The position numbers and the translations under genes are program-made. A DNA stretch of 64,000 bases from Aestuariivita sp. (lineage in GTDB: Bacteria; Pseudomonadota; Alphaproteobacteria; Rhodobacterales; Rhodobacteraceae): positions 3,499,004-3,563,003 of the forward strand of contig OZ244059.1 of assembly GCA_965215385.1 (NCBI GenBank), read 5' to 3'. Below, in pieces: positions 62,280 through 64,000 of the stretch. The number at the start of each line of letters is the position of its first letter. The first letter of the stretch is position 1. The notes below the pieces were generated by a model. It searched no databases, had not been told where the DNA came from, and worked only from the letters and a program-made list of their open reading frames with translations.

Positions 62280-63629
62280 TTAATCCACTAGCTTGGCTTG
62301 CAGCCAGTGCTCCAACCAATTGATTGTGTAGTTGCCAGACTGAATGTCTGGCTCTTCAAGCAACGCATGAAACATCGGAATCGTTGTATCAATGCCGTCA
62401 ATAATTAACTCGCTCAACGATCGGGCTAGTCGTGCTAAAGCTTCTGTACGATCACGGCCGTGAACGATCAGTTTGGCGATTAGGGAATCATAATGTCCCG
62501 GAACGCTGTAGCCGTCATAAAGGGCACTATCCATTCTTACGCCGAGTCCGCCGGGGGCGTGAAACTGGGTAATACGGCCAGGACAGGGCGAAAACTCAGG
62601 AAATTTCTCGGCATTAATACGAACTTCAATCGCGTGACCATTGACCTGAAGGCTCTCTTGCTGAAACGAAAGTGGCAGCCCGGCCGCAACGCGAATTTGC
62701 TCACGCACTAAATCTAATCCGAAAATTGCCTCCGTAACCGGATGCTCGACCTGTAGGCGGGTGTTCATTTCGATAAAGTAGAAATTCCCTTGATCGTATA
62801 AAAACTCAATCGTGCCAGCACCGGCGTAATTTATTGTGGCTACAGCGGCGGCGCAGAGGCGTCCAATTTGATCGCGCGTTTCGGATGACATCGCGGAACT
62901 CGGTGCTTCTTCTAGAACCTTTTGATGACGCCGCTGGAGTGAGCAGTCGCGTTCACCAATATGTACGGCATTGCCGTGTCCGTCGCCAAAAATTTGTATT
63001 TCGATATGACGCGGATTCTCAAAGTATTTTTCAATGTACACTTGGTCGTTACCAAACGCAGCTCGGCATTCGCTGCGAGCTGTGTTGAAGGCGTCAGCGA
63101 TTTCCGATTGGTGCCTAACGACTTTAATACCACGACCACCACCGCCAGCGGTCGCCTTAATGATCACTGGAAAACCAATCTCAGTACAAAACTGAGTCGC
63201 TTCGTCTACTGAAGCGATACTCCCGTCAGAGCCCGGCACGCAGGGGACACCGAGTGCCTGCATGGAGCGTTTTGCAGTAATCTTGTCGCCCATAATCTTG
63301 ATATGTTCGGCACTCGGCCCGACGAAGGTGATGCCGTGGTCAGCTGCCACCTCTGCGAACAGCGGGTTCTCGCTCAAGAACCCGTAACCCGGATGGATGG
63401 CTTCGGCACCACTAATTTCGCAAGCCGACATAATCGCGGCGGCGGACAAGTAACTGTCGGCACTCGGCGGGGGGCCGATACACACGCTTTCATCGGCCAT
63501 TCGGACATGCATTGCGTCGGCGTCGATGGTAGAATGCACCGCGACCGTCGCAATGCCCATTTCGCGAGCGGCTCTGACGACGCGGAGAGCAATTTCACCC
63601 CGGTTGGCAATTAAGATTTTGCTGAACAT
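62280..63629 (-). CDS. accC: Acetyl-CoA carboxylase biotin carboxylase subunit
   Basis: MFSKILIANRGEIALRV..., ATP-grasp motifs and 449 aa. It lies directly downstream of accB. Confidence 0.95.
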   Translation of the reverse strand: MFSKILIANRGEIALRVVRAAREMGIATVAVHSTIDADAMHVRMADESVCIGPPPSADSYLSAAAIMSACEISGAEAIHPGYGFLSENPLFAEVAADHGITFVGPSAEHIKIMGDKITAKRSMQALGVPCVPGSDGSIASVDEATQFCTEIGFPVIIKATAGGGGRGIKVVRHQSEIADAFNTARSECRAAFGNDQVYIEKYFENPRHIEIQIFGDGHGNAVHIGERDCSLQRRHQKVLEEAPSSAMSSETRDQIGRLCAAAVATINYAGAGTIEFLYDQGNFYFIEMNTRLQVEHPVTEAIFGLDLVREQIRVAAGLPLSFQQESLQVNGHAIEVRINAEKFPEFSPCPGRITQFHAPGGLGVRMDSALYDGYSVPGHYDSLIAKLIVHGRDRTEALARLARSLSELIIDGIDTTIPMFHALLEEPDIQSGNYTINWLEHWLQAKLVD

Positions 63630-63641
63630 TCTATCGGCACG

Positions 63642-64000
63642 CTATTGGATGATGACCAAGGGCGTCCCATACTCAACCGCGGTGCCATCCGCTACGAGGA
63701 CCCGCTTGACCTCGCCACTCGCCGGTGCGGGTATCTGATTCATCGTCTTCATTGCCTCGACGATCACTAGCGTGTCACCCTTCTTGACTTGATCCCCGAC
63801 CTCAACAAATGCCGGTGCGTCAGGCTCAGGTTGAAGATAAACAGTCCCAACCATCGGTGAGGTTACAGTGCCGGGGTGACTAGGGCTTGGTTCTAGAGCG
63901 TCCTCTGGTTGGCCAAGTGACTCACCAACAGCGTTACCGTGAGGTGCTATTTGCGAAACAAGATCGACGGCATGATCAGCGGTAAACTTAAGGTCTCGAC
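63642..64000 (-). CDS. accB: Acetyl-CoA carboxylase biotin carboxyl carrier protein (5-prime end outside window)
   Basis: Biotinyl domain with the EAMKTMNQI biotinylation motif and C-terminus ...GTPLVIIQ. The reading frame stays open to the window edge. Confidence 0.85.
   Translation of the reverse strand, partial: RDLKFTADHAVDLVSQIAPHGNAVGESLGQPEDALEPSPSHPGTVTSPMVGTVYLQPEPDAPAFVEVGDQVKKGDTLVIVEAMKTMNQIPAPASGEVKRVLVADGTAVEYGTPLVIIQ

Overview
This 64-kb window looks like an alphaproteobacterial chromosome segment. The core genes are mmsA, a CBS-domain gene, coaD, tkt, a DUF4164-like gene with zapA, a P450, clpP-clpX, ridA-like, NDUFA12-like/mlaD/DUF2155, aat and accB-accC. A large amount of mobile and defence-related DNA has been inserted among them.

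Zone 1 (0.3-12.1 kb) holds IS630 and IS110 remnants and an ISKra4-like element that truncates a glycosyltransferase. It also has an AT-rich three-gene cassette (a signal-less trypsin-like protease plus two coupled unknowns) and a pile-up of IS30, DUF4338/ISAs1 and ISL3 fragments.

Zone 2 (13-24.7 kb) is ordinary housekeeping DNA.

Zone 3 (24.9-62.2 kb) is accessory. It contains:
- an ISNCY remnant;
- a roughly 1420-aa autotransporter with near-identical tandem domain repeats;
- a second ISKra4-like copy;
- a nonsense-interrupted DUF262 gene and two tandem tyrosine integrases (one with an in-frame stop);
- a tightly packed operon hsdM / DUF262-DUF1524 (GmrSD-like) nuclease / hsdS (in-frame TAG) / hsdR;
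- a multiply broken MobF/TrwC-type relaxase;
- a full IS30-family element, an HNH-tailed unknown and three tandem RHH-like paralogues;
- a group II intron with a decayed reverse transcriptase;
- further ISNCY, IS110 and ISAs1-type debris.

The observations most worth follow-up are:
1. the GmrSD-like nuclease translationally coupled inside the Type I R-M operon;
2. a 25-bp inverted-repeat element just upstream of that operon, next to the recombinases;
3. a roughly 600-bp conserved non-coding module attached to the 3-prime end of all three IS30 copies, with a covarying hairpin;
4. the IS110 leaders, which are candidate bridge RNAs and share paired TGTGGATAA motifs;
5. the AT-rich protease cassette.

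I found no rRNA, tRNA or CRISPR array. All family assignments come from motif recognition by eye; no database search was run.
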